Below are positions 11,289-25,555 of a stretch of 64,000 bases of DNA, piece by piece (position 1 is the stretch's first letter; each line of letters begins with the position of its first letter). A model generated the notes under the pieces. That model was not told the origin of the DNA. It searched no databases and was given only the letters and a program-made list of their open reading frames with translations. The stretch comes from Vicugna vicugna (lineage: Eukaryota), in the NCBI GenBank assembly GCA_013265495.1, contig MU058463.1, positions 2,379,523 through 2,443,522 on the forward strand, read 5' to 3'. Position numbers and translations under genes: made by a program.

Positions 11289-14200
11289 ATTTAGCTTTGT
11301 GACTACAGCAGCAAGACCTGTTCCTGTCCGGAGACGACTGTTAAAATAATATCATCCTATCATTTTATGTTTGCCCTTTATCAGTTTGAGTAGATGTTTA
11401 CATGTACTATAATTAGCATTTTATCTTTACAGTTCTTCTAGGGTACATCTGAGTCCAGAAGTAAATCTGAGTGTGTGCTTTGTCTGACATTATTCTTGAA
11501 TATTTTCTCCCCTTTATAGCCATTTATTTTTAAACACCTTAAGAAGGAAAAAAAAAAAAAAACCCCAAACTTCTTGGTTTCCTAACATGAGATAAGTTTT
11601 CAGTCTCAGCCAAGTTGACATTGTGTCTAGGAAATATAATATAAAGCCATGATACTGTGTTCATTAGCATGAACAATTTAAAATGATGAAAAATGATTAA
11701 AAAGTTAAACCTGGGTTTGGCTTTAATTTTTCTGGGTTCTAGGATGCATTTCTGGGGTTAGGATAGTCACTTAAAATAATTTTGAACAAATGGTAAAATA
11801 TTTTTTTCTCATGGTGACAACTTGTTTCTTCTAAATATATTTTCTGAAGTCATTGCCAAGGCCACTTACCCAAATAATTTTTTTTTTAAATTCTGAACAC
11901 TTCAGAACCAACAAGGAGAATAATTTTCTTTCTTTTCAAGTGGTACAGGATGATCTGTGGATTATAAATATTGAGAAATATCTATTAAATGTCTAATTTA
12001 CTCAGTTTTTCCTTATTTTCCTCACTTGCAACCAGGACATCAAAGACAATCTTAAAAGCAAGGGAAATAGTGTTGTGTGTCTAACTTGTTAAAGACCATA
12101 CTTTTCCTGTCTTAAAAGGTTTATGCCCATATTTATAAGCAATATGGCTTGGAATTATTTATGAAGAATGTGATTAAATCTTACTCTTAAGTATTATTCA
12201 TCCAAAATGCCCTCTTTATAATGGCACCATAAAGTTTTCAGAAAATTAATTTCTTGATATTCCTTTGTAGGTTAAGTTAATGTTAATGAACATTTGTGAA
12301 ATCAGAAGTTACACTTGATAGCAATTCTTTATTTTAAAAAGTCTAAATTATACCTGATTCTATTCACCCTTGTTGCTTTTTTTTTTTTAGTTCCATTCAG
12401 CCATGCTCATATTGTCACCTTTTTGTGCAAAGTTGACTATTCTGGAAGCACTTTTTCTTGAGTATGCATTGCATTTGTCTTCACGAAGAAAAGAATGAAC
12501 ACATCAAACATAATGTAAACTATTTTGATCCACATTAGTTGGGGACAATATGGTTAATGTAGGCTTGGTTTAAAGGAAAAGTACAAATTTTGGAAGATCT
12601 TAACATAAATATGACCTACAAGGCATTCTAAAATTAGACTTTTGTTTTAGTTCACATTTGCGGATTAATGTATAGTTGAAGGAAGATCATAAATATTTTC
12701 CCAGATTAGTTCAGGGGATTTTGGGGGGGGGGGTTGTTTATTTTTCCAAGGAAAGAATCTCTGCTCATGTAATAGAACAGTTCTAACCTGCTAGGTTAAA
12801 AACCCAAAGAACATTGTCTGAAGAGACCATACTAGCTGTTGACAGTTTTGGTTGGTTAATAGATGTGGATCACACACCACTACTTTTAATTTTACTCTGT
12901 CATCTTCCTCCCCACACACACTTTTAAATTCAAAACAAAATAGAGCAAAACGAAATTGAAGGTGCCATTGAGAATCAGAAGTTGATTGAGATGATTTGAT
13001 TCTCATTAAGATCATTGCACTTTTTGAAAATTGCTGAGAGATCTAATAGGTCAGTTACCTATTTAAATTCTCATGTTGATTAAGAATTTTCATTATTTCG
13101 TTTTTCGAAAGAGGATTCTCATAGAACTATGTGTAGATTAGTGTACAGAATCACTTGTGTAATTGAATGGAGCAGCTTACCTCTGCATGATTGCATTATG
13201 GAAGTCTTTTTTTATATCTTTATATTTTTCAATATATTTAGATTTTACACTATTAGCTGCCCTGGTCATGCTATATTTGGTTTTTTAATAGAGTTTATAA
13301 ATATTTGTGCTCAAAATACAGATCAATTGAATATTTTTGGTCTTGTTTACAAGATTAATAATACTTTAAAGTGATGCAGCCCCTCAAGTGTCTTCGGAAA
13401 AAGTCATTGGTGCTACGCAACCTTTCAATATCATTTTGGAACCTGTTACCTAGACTTTGCTAGGCTTCAATCTATGATTGCTTGTGATTTATTCTAATCT
13501 AGCAGCGTAATTATAAAAGTGAGGCAGGTAAAGAGCCCAGCCCGTTAGAAACACCCCATAATTTAAAGATACAATGCAGAATGACAGTATTCTAATTTGT
13601 GCCCAGACTCCCAAAAAAGAAAATGGTTTCTTTAGATGGTCATTAGGTCTTTTGAGAAGAGGAATGGTGTTAATCTGGCTAGAATGAAAAAATGATACAT
13701 TCAGCATGGCTCAGTTTCCCCACATTTCAAATGGAAAACTTCCCTATTCCTAAAATACGGTGTAATCCTGCTTTGCTTTAAATTCGCATCTGTCTTTTAC
13801 TCAACAGGAGGCAGGGTAATTCTTAAATATTTATAGAGCATTTGATGAGTTGTAAAGAGATGTATTATTTACATTGTACTAGTTTTGTGTTGATGTGCAG
13901 ATTGTTTTCTACATCTGCAGGAGTTCATTCCAGCACCTTAGTGAATGTTCTTAAGATACAGTTTTTAAGTATCAGCAAAGCATTCATAGATGTTTACTTT
14001 TGATTCTCAGAGTCCTGAACCTGTTTTGGGTGTAATATTACTTCAGAACATGTCTGGCACAAGATTTCCTTTAATAAGTGATTTAGTTTCACTCAATTTC
14101 TGTCGATTGTTGAACCTAAAAACACCAAAGGAGTCCTTTCTTTGTCTGGAGACTGGATTGTTCCAGTTTTTAATACCTGTGCCCATAAGTATCCCATTTC

Positions 14201-14515
14201 ACGAATGTGTGTTGGCATGGGGGAAAAATTCCCTGCTCTTTGAGTGGAGCAAAAGTAATTGGTTAAGCTGTAGCAGCTTTTTTTGTTTATTTTTTAAAGT
14301 GATAATAAAACTTGAACTGAAAATGGTAAAACTTGAACCAGAAAACTACTCTTGTATGCTTAGAATGTTTATAGTATTACGTGTTTATGTGGGGTTGTCA
14401 ACATTTTTATTATTTATAGTTGAATTATGTTTTGTTTGTTAAATATCCATAATGTTTATTATTTTTATATTTAAAAAATTTTTTAAATAAAGTAGTCTTA
14501 CTAAAAGCAGTTGTT
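11289..14515 (+). other. RBM26: RBM26 distal 3'UTR (~3.2 kb)
   Basis: AU-rich, no recognisable TE, running from the QREIIIA stop to AATAAA at 14486. Confidence 0.6.
14486..14491 (+). terminator. Polyadenylation signal (distal gene end)
   Basis: AATAAA preceded by a long U/AU-rich upstream element (~14400-14485) and followed by the GT/T-rich gttgttaactttt. Confidence 0.7.
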
Positions 14516-17500
14516 AACTTTTTAAAATTGTCCTGCATTTTGCATCAATTATATTAATATAGAATAGAAAGGAAAATTTGCAGCCCTCGAGCATTGCACA
14601 ATTAAAAATTCTGAAAATGTTTATATGAAGAAATGGCTCCATGTTGCCTCTTCCCCTCTTTACCTCTATTCTCACTTTAAATTGTTCTAAGTCACCTTTG
14701 GTACCAAAGTTTTCTTGGCCTAATGATTCCTTTTCTCACACATAAACAAATTCCTACATACCCTTTTTCTCCCTAATTCCTGCCTCTTTACTGCTGGGAA
14801 TTTTGTCTTTGTTTCCTTTGGGGACCAAAAAATTTCTCCTTATCATGAGTGATAAGTATAAAAATATTACTGTGATGTCAAAGAAGGACTGCCATAGATT
14901 CTGAAGTGAAATTAGAGACATATAGCACTTAACTCCTGTCAACCTCCAGAGCCACTGAAAGTTTTCAGAACGTCTACGTAATTTTCAGTTTTCATCTGAA
15001 CATTTCTTCTGATCTAATTTGATATGCTTTTCCAGCTTTCAGCATGTTCATTTCATATTTTATTTTATTGAATGATAAATTTGCAGTACTTGTTATTTTC
15101 TTTTATTGCAGATATTCCTTCTGTCATCTGTAACATGGGTTAAATAAGCTTGGTAATAGCCTGTCTTCCACTTGTTATACTGCTGCTACAAGAAAATACA
15201 TTATCTCAAAGTGTATAAATCTTGATGAAAATCTAGTTAAAGAGATCTGGTTAGGAAATAGTAGAAGACTGGCTTGAAATAATAGAGGACTTTGGTTAAT
15301 AAATAATGATACCCTTGGTAAAACTATGAAAAATAATTACATATTTTATATCTGTATATAGCCAGTCCCTGTGGAGTATTTGCAGAATGAGCATGTTGTC
15401 AACCTTCACTTAACCCAGGAAATATTTCTGTATAAAGTATGAATGGATTTGGTCTTTAATCCTTTAGAAAATCCCATATACTCTATGTTATTGTCAAAAA
15501 ACTAGAAATTCAAAATAAAAAGACAAGAGGTAGGATGATAGAAAGCCTGACATTACAAATGATGAATAGGCATTTTTAAATAGGATTACATAATGTATAC
15601 TGTTTTGTAGTCTTTTCATTTATGATAACAGGTTTACACCATTTTTAGAGACCCTGCACTTGTAGATGAATCATGGTGTATTGATTCTTCTCATTTGGGG
15701 CACTTAGAATTTTTCCATTTTTATTTTCATATAAATGATACCATACCCTTGAGCATCTTTGATCATTTCTTCAAGATACAGTCTCAGAACTGCTGGGTCA
15801 AAGTACGCTTATTAAAATGATACATTTGGAGTTTGATCTTTTATAAAGCATATATGTATTAATACCTAGGTACTTTGGTAATTTAGCTGTTGAAGAACAG
15901 CATACGTTCACTTTTCTTTGCAAATGTGTTAGAATTTATTCTATATTCATCTTGTAACAAACCAAGTTATGCCTAACACAGTAGTCAAGCTCCGATGCAG
16001 TAGTGGCACTTACTATTTTGCGTTGTGTTTCGCTGCCAGGACTTTGTATATATACCACAGCAAGTTCTCTCCTTGGAGCTGCAGACTTTTATACTTTTGT
16101 TAATGGCATTTTATAAATTCCCAAGAACTTCTGTATTCTTGCAACTAATCTGTATTGAATGGTAGGGCAAATAATCTTTACCTTTATTAAATAAGATAAA
16201 ATAAATGACAGAATAAGGACTGGAATTCCCATGTCTTAATACCATATCCACTATAAGAACAAAGAGGTACCAAATAATTTACAGCAACAAAAAACTCCCC
16301 ATATTTTTCATCTCAACTCTCCAAACTGCTTTTTTTCCAGAAAAATGTAATTTATTTTCCCCATGAAGTTTATGAACATTTGTTACTGAAGTACACAAAG
16401 CATGAAATAGACTATGAAAGAAGAAAATTACATAGAAATAGAAGATAGTGGTCCAGTAAATTTTCCTTATATGTCATGAACAGAAAAGGGCACTTTTGAA
16501 GTGAGACTTCATTTTACTGGGAAGAATAAGATTCCTTGCAAACCATGAACATTTTCCTGAGCTATCAATGGCTGTGTTTTATATAATATTTAATACATAA
16601 TATTCTATGACAATTACAGTATTTAAGGACTGACGGTATTATGGCCAAGTTTTCTTAAGTTGTGAGAGTTTTTTCACTTTTTGTAAATCTAAAATGTGTA
16701 TTATTGAGGTATTATGCAAGAATACGCTTTGTATTCAATTCTGTGAGAATCATTCTGATTATCTGAAATACATGCAGTGCATTTGTGTTGAAAATTTTGA
16801 ATTTAGGACATGGAGTTAATGAAAAGACCAAATTTCATAATTCCTATTCAAGGAGGGTAAAGTACAGATTACACACACAAAAAAGTAAGCCTTTAAAGTC
16901 TTTCACATTTTGAAACATTTTCAATGTTAAAATGTTATTTGTCCCAAGCATCTCGTTTAAATTAAAAGTTTTAGGGACATTACCAACCTACTTTTTAAAA
17001 AAGTAGTATCTATGATTTAAGACTTCATGGACAGCCTGTGTGTTTTATTAGAAGTCAGGGTTAGGAAGAAATACTCAGAAATTATAGATGTCTGCAGGTT
17101 AGGAGTTAGAAGTGGATATCTTTCATGTTTGTACCAGATTTACTACAGTATTTGTTTAGGGTTTTTTGTGATAAGTAACTCTTGGATAATATGATGCCGG
17201 TTTTACTTTTTTTTTCTTACCAAGTTAATATTCAGAGTTAACAGATTAAAGAATGATAAAGAGGAAGATCTCTGACACTTAGCAGTTGTGGTGTCTGAAT
17301 GAGGTAAGAAAGAAATACCAAACAGGTAACTCCTGAACAAAATACTGTGTACTGAGCTGATTTTAGTCGTAACAGCCCTCATACATGTCATATTTATAAT
17401 ACTAAATGGATGAAAACTGCATATTAAAAATTAATACATGTCCTAGCCATTTTTTGGCCAACCTAAAGGAGAAGGTTTTTAAAGTTTTGTCAAGGTCTCC

Positions 17501-18039
17501 AGTGGAAAAGAGAACCCCCAGATTGGGAGTGCTCACGAAAGAACAGAGCCATCTAAGGTGCTGAGGATGGGAACAGGAGGATGGGTTACGTATTTAGTCC
17601 TGCATTTGTGAACCTTCGGATTGAAAGCCTGGACGGAAGTAGTCCGTTTTTTAATTTTTTAATTTTTATTTTTGTTTTTTTCTCTTCAACTGATAAGCTT
17701 TGTGGAGCAAAATTTCGTAGAAAAACATGCATCCAAGAGCACATCTCTGCATCCCTCTTGTGTTCCTCATGTGGAAGCACTCAAGGTAGACACAATGATA
17801 GCAACCTGAGTGAGTTCCAGTGTCCCTTCCAAAAAAGTACCTGTTCATCTGCCACAAGAGCGCCTCAGCATAACTTATCACGTAAAGCCATAAGCCACAC
17901 CATTCAGACCTAATGTCCAGATTCAATGTCCCAGGATTTTTGCTGTACTATGTATGCAGCCTACCAGTGATTGCTCTTGTCCACTTGGACCTGGAAACTT
18001 TCCAAATGTGAACACTTAGGAATTCCTGTGTGCAGTTCT

Positions 18040-19900
18040 AACTATGACTTACCACAAACCACATACATACAAAGATCAATTGCATTTCTATATACCAGTT
18101 TTGAACACTTGGAAGCTGAGATTAAACATACAATGCCAAATATAGTCACAGAAAGAAATGATATGCTTACGTGTAAATCTCACAGTCTACAGGACTTGTA
18201 TGCTGGAAAGTGCAAAATGCTGATTAAAAAAATCAGAAGATCTTAGTAACTAGACACATTCATGGGTCAGAAAACCCAGTGTTATAAATGCGTCAATTCT
18301 CCCCAAATTGATATACAGGTTTAACGTAATACCAAAATCAGTTCAGAATTTTTTTTGTGTATACTTGTATCATCCTAAAATTTATATGGAAAGGCGAAAG
18401 AACTAGAATAAGATTTTTTTTTAAAGAATCAAGAGAAATCAGTCTATCCAATGTCAAAATTTACTTTATAGCTACAGTAATCAAGACTGTTGATGGGAAG
18501 GACAGACACAGATCATTGAAACAGCATAGGGATCTCAGACGTAGACCCATATGAGTATGCCCAACTGATTTTTAACAAGGTGCAAAAGTAATCAAATGGA
18601 GGAAATACAGACTTTTCAACAAATTATCCTGGAGCAACTGGAGGCCCATTGGCAAAAATTTTAAAAATGAACCCTGACTTAAATGTCACACCTTAATTCA
18701 AAATGGATCATGGGCTTAAATGGTACTATATACGACTTTCAGGAAGGGCAGTGTGGTGGCGGGGAATCTTTGGGACCTAGGGCTAGGCAAAAAAATTCTT
18801 AAGGCTTGATACCGAAAGTTTAACTCATTAAAGCATGATAGATTGGACTTCATCAAAATTTAAAACTTTTACTCTGTGAAAGAATCTGTTAAAAGGACAT
18901 AAAGATACGCTGCAAAGTGGAAGGAGATACTTGCAAACCACATTTCTAGTATGTGCCAGGAGTGGTGTCTAGATTATATAAATAACTCAAAGCTCAACAA
19001 TAAAAAAGCAAACAATCTGATTAGAACATAGGCAAAAGACTCAGAGACATTTCCCTGAAGAGGACTTTCATGTGGCAAATGAGCACATAAGAAAATATTC
19101 AGCATTCTTTGCCATTAGGGCAATGGAAATTAAAACCACAATGTGGTATCACTACATACTTCTCAGAATGGCCAAAGGAAAACGTGACAACACTAAATGC
19201 TGTCAAGGGTGCAGAGAAACTGGATCACAAATACGTTGCTGGTGGCAATTATACAGCCACTCTGGAAAACTGTGGCAGTTTATTATTAAATAGCTAAACA
19301 TGCAACTATCATATGAACAAGCAGTTATAGTCCTGGGCATTTACCTCATTTTCACACAAATACCTGAACACACATGTTCCTAAAAGCTTTATTCATAATT
19401 GTAAAAAAAAACTGGAAGCAATCATATTATGGATGAATCATTAATGATATACCCATTCCATGAAAATACTACTCAGCAGTGTAAAAAGGAGCTATTGATA
19501 CATGCCACTCCTGGATGAATCCCCAGAGAGTATGCAGAGTGAAATAAGCTGCCCCAAGAGACAACTATGTGATCCCATTTATATAACACTCTTGAAAAGA
19601 CGGGATTATAGAGATGGGGAACAGAATAACAGTTGCCAGAGGTTACAGAGATGGTGGAGGTGGGAAGGAAATGGGTGTGATTATAAATGGGCGACATGAG
19701 GGGTCCTTATGGTGATAGAAATGTTCTGTATCTTGACTGTCAATGTCAGTATGCTAGTTGAGATAACTGTACTATGGTTTTGCATGATGTTACCATTGGT
19801 TTAGGGGAAGTTTGGTAAAGAGTAATGGGATCTTTCTCCATTATTTCTCACAACTGCATATGAATTTTAATTATCTCAAAAGTTTAATTTGAAAAAAGTA
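18040..19900 (+). mobile_element. Old L1 (L1MC1/2-like): decayed ORF2 3' half plus 3'UTR
   Basis: ORF2-like peptides (LKFIWKG..RI, ATVIKT, IKTTMWYHY). L1MC-type 3'UTR ending cacaactgcatatgaattttaattatctcaaaag...aaaaaa. Confidence 0.88.
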
Positions 19901-20289
19901 AAGGCAGAATAACATCTAGTCCCATTTTAGGGTGCATTCAGGAGAAATGTCTTGGCTGTATTCTCCTCATAAAGAAAGAGGTCTTGAGAGCACATATTTG
20001 AGATATATAAAAGGAGTAAATTGAGTTCGCACACATGAGAATTTCTGGAATTACTACAGACTTATTTCTCCCATTGGTTACACTACAACCAGTGTCGGTA
20101 AATGAAGTAGCCCTATATGTATGTTGACTCTTTTAATTCTTCCCATCAGCATTGCTGCGTGAAAGGGACTTCAGCCTGGGAAATGGCAGAGCTCACCTAC
20201 CTATGAAAAGGTGGGTGAGGATTAAAATGATCGATGCTTACCTCGTTCTGCCTGCTCTTTACCATAGCTCAGGAGTGCTGAATCATCCA

Positions 20290-21360
20290 AAAGGGGAAGG
20301 AAACAGAACAAAAGCAAAATTATAAATTAAATGCTCTAAAGGAAAGGAACAGAGTTTTATGAAACTACAAAGCAAATGGACCTGACTTAGGATGTCAGGA
20401 AAGTCTTCCACAAAAAAGTGATCTTTCATTTGAGATCTGAGAGATGAGCAGGAGTTTACTGTGGGGGAGTATATATCATCGAGGGAGTGAACAGTTTTGT
20501 GCAAAAGTACTATAAAGGGATCAAATATGGTGCATTAAAAAAAAATGAGAGAAGCCCAGAGTGGCTATAACGCAGAGATACACAACTTGAGAATTTAAAT
20601 AATACAGAAACCTGAATTTAATCTATGGATGAAGATGAAATTCCTAGAGATCAAGTATAGAGTGAAGAACTCTACATTTAACCCAGATAATGTAGCTAGA
20701 TTCTGCAAACGGAGAATTAGCAGGGGCAGCCACTGAGACAGAAAGAAAACTAGGAAGGGGAGTTATAGAGGACAAACGAAAACAAACAAAAACCCCCAAA
20801 CTTTGTTTTAGGAATAAGGAAGTGATAAACAGTTTCAGACGTTGCAAAGTAAAGTAAGATGAAATGTGAAAATGTCCATTGGATTTTAGGAAAAGGAAGT
20901 CATTGATAACCCTGGAACGTCTTTTTGTCTTTTGTGTGTGTGTGTGTGTGTTTATTTGTCTTTTAATGACAGATATTGGAGACAAAATGTCTAAGCTAAG
21001 GAGTAAAAGGAGGGTAGGGCTATGGAGACAGAATATAGACAGGTTTTTTGAGGATATTTTTAAGGATGGAAGAGATAGGTTAGTAGTTTGCAAGGCACAT
21101 GGGATAAAGGGATGCCAGAGACTTAAAAAGTTTAGGTCTCTACAGAAAGGAGTCCCAGTAAGAAGAGCAGACAATGACGATAGTTTCAGGTGCCCCAAAA
21201 GATGGGATGAGAAAAGGTCCAGAGCACAGTTAGAAGGACTGCCCTTAGGTAGTAACAGAGACAACTGGAGGCAAGGAGAGAAAGAAAATTTCAAATTTGA
21301 TTTTAGATTTGGTACTGAAATCAAGAGTTCCCATCAAATGACTTCAGGTTTCTTTGCAAC
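20290..21360 (-). mobile_element. Degenerate L2 fragments with an internal (TG)n
   Basis: Purine-rich antisense-L2-like motifs (tcaggaaagtcttc...tgagatctgagagatgagcagg; aatgtccattggattt...gtcattgataacc). Confidence 0.55.
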
Positions 21361-21959
21361 CAGTAGGAATGTCATTTTCTGCAAAGCTCCCACCTGTGTA
21401 ACTGCAGAATACCATCCTCCTTTTACCATCTTTCCCAGTCATACCTGAGACTGTCATCTGAAGTATCTAGTCTTGACTATTCCCTTCACACTCTTCCTTA
21501 CCATATTCATCTTGCCCCTTCACCACAGCCTCTACTGCCAGTGACCGCTGTTAAAATGCTGGGAACCCTGACAGTGTTCCTCTCCCCTTCCCAGGACGAC
21601 AAAGCTGCTCTGTGCTATGAGAAAGTAAATGACCTTCTCTAACTCTGTTGATCTTTGCTCCTGGGATCCACTGCATAGCCTCTGCTCAGAGCCTGTCTTT
21701 TTGAACACAGCTCCTTTCATATCCTGCCCCAAACCTCTCAAGCCAGTGGGTAAACAAACATCTTACTATCCCACCATCCTTTTCTGCTCTATCTACTCTC
21801 TTTCTTGATATTTAGGGGAAAAAAATCATTTCCATAACTATTAATTAATGAAAATAACTACTCGGAGGAATGGACAAAGGGCATGAAATTAGCATTATTA
21901 TTAGAATGTACAGAGTTTTTAAGGAGATTAGAAGCTGGGATATAAGGATTCTGAAAAGA

Positions 21960-22910
21960 AACAAAGTTCAGAGCATAGTAAGAACTTTGGATATCATCCT
22001 GAGGTGCTGGGGAGGCCACTGAGGGCTTTGAAAGTTTAGAAGAAAGAATGGAATGGAATGGAAGGAAGACAGGGATGCGGGTAGGGGAGTGTTAAATGAC
22101 TATATTTGCAGCTTTGAAAGATCATTTTTGCAATGATGAGGATGGAAGCATAACTGAGCATAACATGGGCAGAGATTGCAGGTTTCTGGGCTAAGCAGCA
22201 AACCTGATGATTGTGTCATACCCTGAGATAGGGCATGTGGGGTTGGGAGCAAATTTATAAAACAAGAAAAGGAGTTGAATTCATTTCTGACATGTTGAGC
22301 CTCAGGGCCTTGTGAGATATCAAAATGGAAATATCCTGTGGGCAGATGTCTGCTCTCTGAAGTCCAGGAGAGAAGAATGGGATGTAGATCCAGGTCTGGA
22401 AATCATAGATATGAATGAGATTCCCCAGTGAGGACATGTAGCATGCAAACTGGGATGACGAAGGATGGTGAACTCCAACATTTATTTGCAAGGACCAGAG
22501 GAGGCGGTAACCATGAAGTAGATGAAACACTTGCTAGAAGAAAAGAAGACCTAACTGAGGTGGTGTCACAAAAGCCAATGAAGGAGACAAGTTCACAAAT
22601 GGGGGCTTGATTAAATAAGAAGTCAAGTGAGGTCAGGATGGATTTGCCAACTCATCAGTTCACATGTAAGTTAATGGAAGGAAAAGACATACTGATGTGA
22701 AATGAAGAGGAGCTGGGTTGTTAGATGGAGACAATGTAGAAAACTCAAAGTGGAAGGCAAAATTTAGTGTGGTAGCTTGAAGACTGCTGGATAAAGACAG
22801 GTGGTGATTTTGTCTGTTTGTTTGTTTTTAAGAATAGTAGACACGTGAGGATGTTTTATAGAGTGAGGGAAAAGAATCAGTGGGAAGGAGGAGATTAAGA
22901 ATGTAAGGAA
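21960..22910 (-). mobile_element. L2 fragment
   Basis: tttctgacatgttgagc...gagatatcaaaatggaaatatcctgtgggcag...tggtgtcacaaaagccaa, typical of the antisense L2 body. Confidence 0.7.
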
Positions 22911-24404
22911 ATTTTAAAACTATTGTTAAGACAATTATTTGTTAAGACTAAAAAGTCTCAGAGTACACCATGGACAGGGATGACAAAGGAGCTGTGAGAA
23001 CAGTGATGAGAGTATGTGAAAACGTGGTCACCACAGCCCAAGTGTGATATGGCAGGTGGAAATGCATGATAATAGCAAAATTCTGTATTTCAAAGCAGGT
23101 TTGACAGTTATTTTGGTTATTAGTGAGGCTGGTGTCAGATGCTAGGGGATGCTGATTGTCATTTGCAGCCAATCCCTACAAATTTTAACATAACTAGAAT
23201 GTTAATGATTGCCTCATTACAAAGTCTAAGTATCTGGCTCCTAATAAGCATTTGAAATATTTGTAAAAATAAATGGATCAGGCTGCTCTGAATTTTTCTG
23301 GGAAAAGGGAGAAGGGAAATTATGAACAATAAAGGTGTAGGAAGGGGTAGTGAGGAGAGGGAGAATCTTAGGGAAGAAAGATGAAATAGCAAAGCCTGGC
23401 ACCAGAATGAAAAACACCCTGTGCAAGAAAAAAATGTTTGTCTATGCTTGCCATGAGTAAAAGACAGAAAATTTGGGTTTTTTTCTTTTCTGGTGGTTTT
23501 GTTGTTGTTGTTGGGGTTTTTTGTTGTTGTTGTTTTGTTTCTTTGTTCTGAACTATTCATTTCTTTCAAACTATATCCTGATGCCTGAAGTAATGAAAGT
23601 CTTCCCAGGGCAGGAGTTGGTGCTTTTGGCTCCTGACACTGCTTCCTAAAAACAAGTAGCATAAGGTAGCTAGAACAGAGATGAAGAATCTGGGTTTAGT
23701 CATTGTGCTACCTCAAGCTAAAGGCTTAGAGTGTAAATCTGTCTCATCATATGTAAAGTGGAGCTAAAAATAGCACCTTTCCCACTGAACTATTGAGAAA
23801 ATCAGACGAAACTATATAAATATTTATCTGGGACATGATAATGACTCAATGGATTAGTAATGATTTATAAAGTCTCAGGGCATGGAAAACACCACCTATG
23901 AGCTCCGTGTCTTGAGGAAAGGGGAAAACCCAGAGGGTCACAGTGAGACCGGATGCAGGTGGTTCTACCGTTCATTCCCAGGGCCTCCTCGTCTCGGAAG
24001 GTGAATGGCATTTATCCTCTGATCTGGTTCAGTTTCGTTGCAGGAAATGCTGTGAGAAGTCTCAGTATTTCCCCTTTTTCACTCCTATGGCTTCTAAATA
24101 CTTTGGAGCCCTAACCTAAAGAGGCACGGAGCCTGTGGAATAGTGATCGCTGAGCTTTTTGTCTTGCAAAGGACTCAGGCTGCTTCCAGACCCCGCTGTG
24201 AGCTCTGTTTCTTGGGAGAAGGCTGGCTTGAGAGGTATGTGTGGCTAGGAATTCCAAAATTATGCAAGGTTGAAACCACTCTGTGCCTCTTTTTCCGTAG
24301 CGAATCAGCCTTCTCTGTTTCTTCTCCATTCTGCTCTGTGTTCTAAAGCATACATTTTTTTTGGAGGAGGGGGGAATTCTAATTGGCTAAATGCATACTG
24401 TTGT

Positions 24405-24880
24405 TCTGTATTAATCAGCTATTGCCAGAGTGAGAGAGAGAGACTGAGAGACAGGTATGTAGTGAAACATCCTCCAATCCAGTGGCTTAGACTAAGCCTT
24501 CATTCTCCTGCATGTCTGCGGGTTGATGGTGGTTCAGCTGATCTGGAACTGGGGTCCACTGGGAAGATTTGCTCCAGGCCATGGGTTGGCTTCAGGTCAG
24601 TTCCTCTGGGGCCTAGGCTGAAGGAGGAGCAGCTTCCTGGGCATTTTCTTCTTAGGGGAAATAATCAAACAAGTCATGTCTCTTGAGACTTCAGTCTGGC
24701 AGTTGCCACGTCCATCTGTATTTCATCAGCTCAAACCAGCTGCTTGGCCAAGCCACCAATATGGCAGTAAGTATCCTCTTCTTGTTCTAATAAAACAATG
24801 TCCACGGGTAAGGGCATGGATTTGGGTTTCTAAAACAGGGAGCTGGGAAGATTTGTTAACACTGATTCAACCTCTGTGCC
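24405..24880. mobile_element. MaLR LTR remnant (MLT1J/K-like)
   Basis: tgtattaatcagctattgc...cagtggctta...ttcagctgatctgg...ggccaagcc pattern of MLT1 LTRs. Confidence 0.6.
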
Positions 24881-25225
24881 AGGCAACTATGATCTATGTG
24901 TGCATCAGGTGCCCACTCTCATCTCATTCTTGGCTGTACTTAAGCAAAAGGTTGCTGAGTAGAGCAGCCCATGGTGAGAAATGGGTCAATGGGCCCAACT
25001 CACCGTGACTCACCTACCTAGTTTGTGAATGCCAGGGAAGGTGTAAACAGCATGAGGAAATAGAAAATAGAAGGGCCCCTCATTGTTCGTAACATTTTAC
25101 CATGAATTTTTTTTTTAAAGTCAAGTCTGTTTGGAGGTACATTTGTTGAAACAGATGACGAGTTATGATTCAAAAGGAATGAAGTTTTGAACCCCAAATA
25201 GTTGAGTCAACACAAATAACTATAA

Positions 25226-25555
25226 GCAGTCCTTGCTTTAGACCATTTGGATGTGCAAGAATTTCAGTTACCAGTTAAATAACACCAGTCTCCAAACGGC
25301 ATGCTTCAAAATCAGTCACCACCGTATATTAACTCCGATTCATTGCATAAAGTACAAACCTCACCGTTAGCTCTTCTGTCTACACATCACTGTGTAGAGA
25401 AGATGTGCGTCACGACCAGAGGACAATCAGGTTGCTTCTTTCAAAATCTGTCGCTTATCCAGTTCACGCACATATAGCAAAACATAGTTGTGTTGCCTTC
25501 TTGTCTCCCAGTGATAGACTTGGGTAACAGTTTACAAAGATGGATAATGAAGTGT
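25226..25555. mobile_element. TcMar-Tigger family remnant (Tigger13-like)
   Basis: aatttcagttacca..gttaaataacaccagtc...gcataaagtacaaac...gttgtgttgccttcttgtctcccagtgata, recalled as a Tigger 5' part. Confidence 0.6.

Noticed and set aside
13990..14442. 150-aa ATG ORF in the distal 3'UTR
   Set aside because: Leu/Phe-rich product of T-rich UTR sequence, downstream of the stop, with no recognisable homology.
20644..21448. Overlapping 226-aa (-) and 189-aa (+) ORFs, among the longest in the window
   Set aside because: They lie over L2-like remnants and a (TG)n run, start at non-ATG codons, are compositionally biased and show no recognisable domain.
23159..23662. 167-aa minus-strand ORF
   Set aside because: Kept open by (TTG)n and purine-rich low-complexity sequence.
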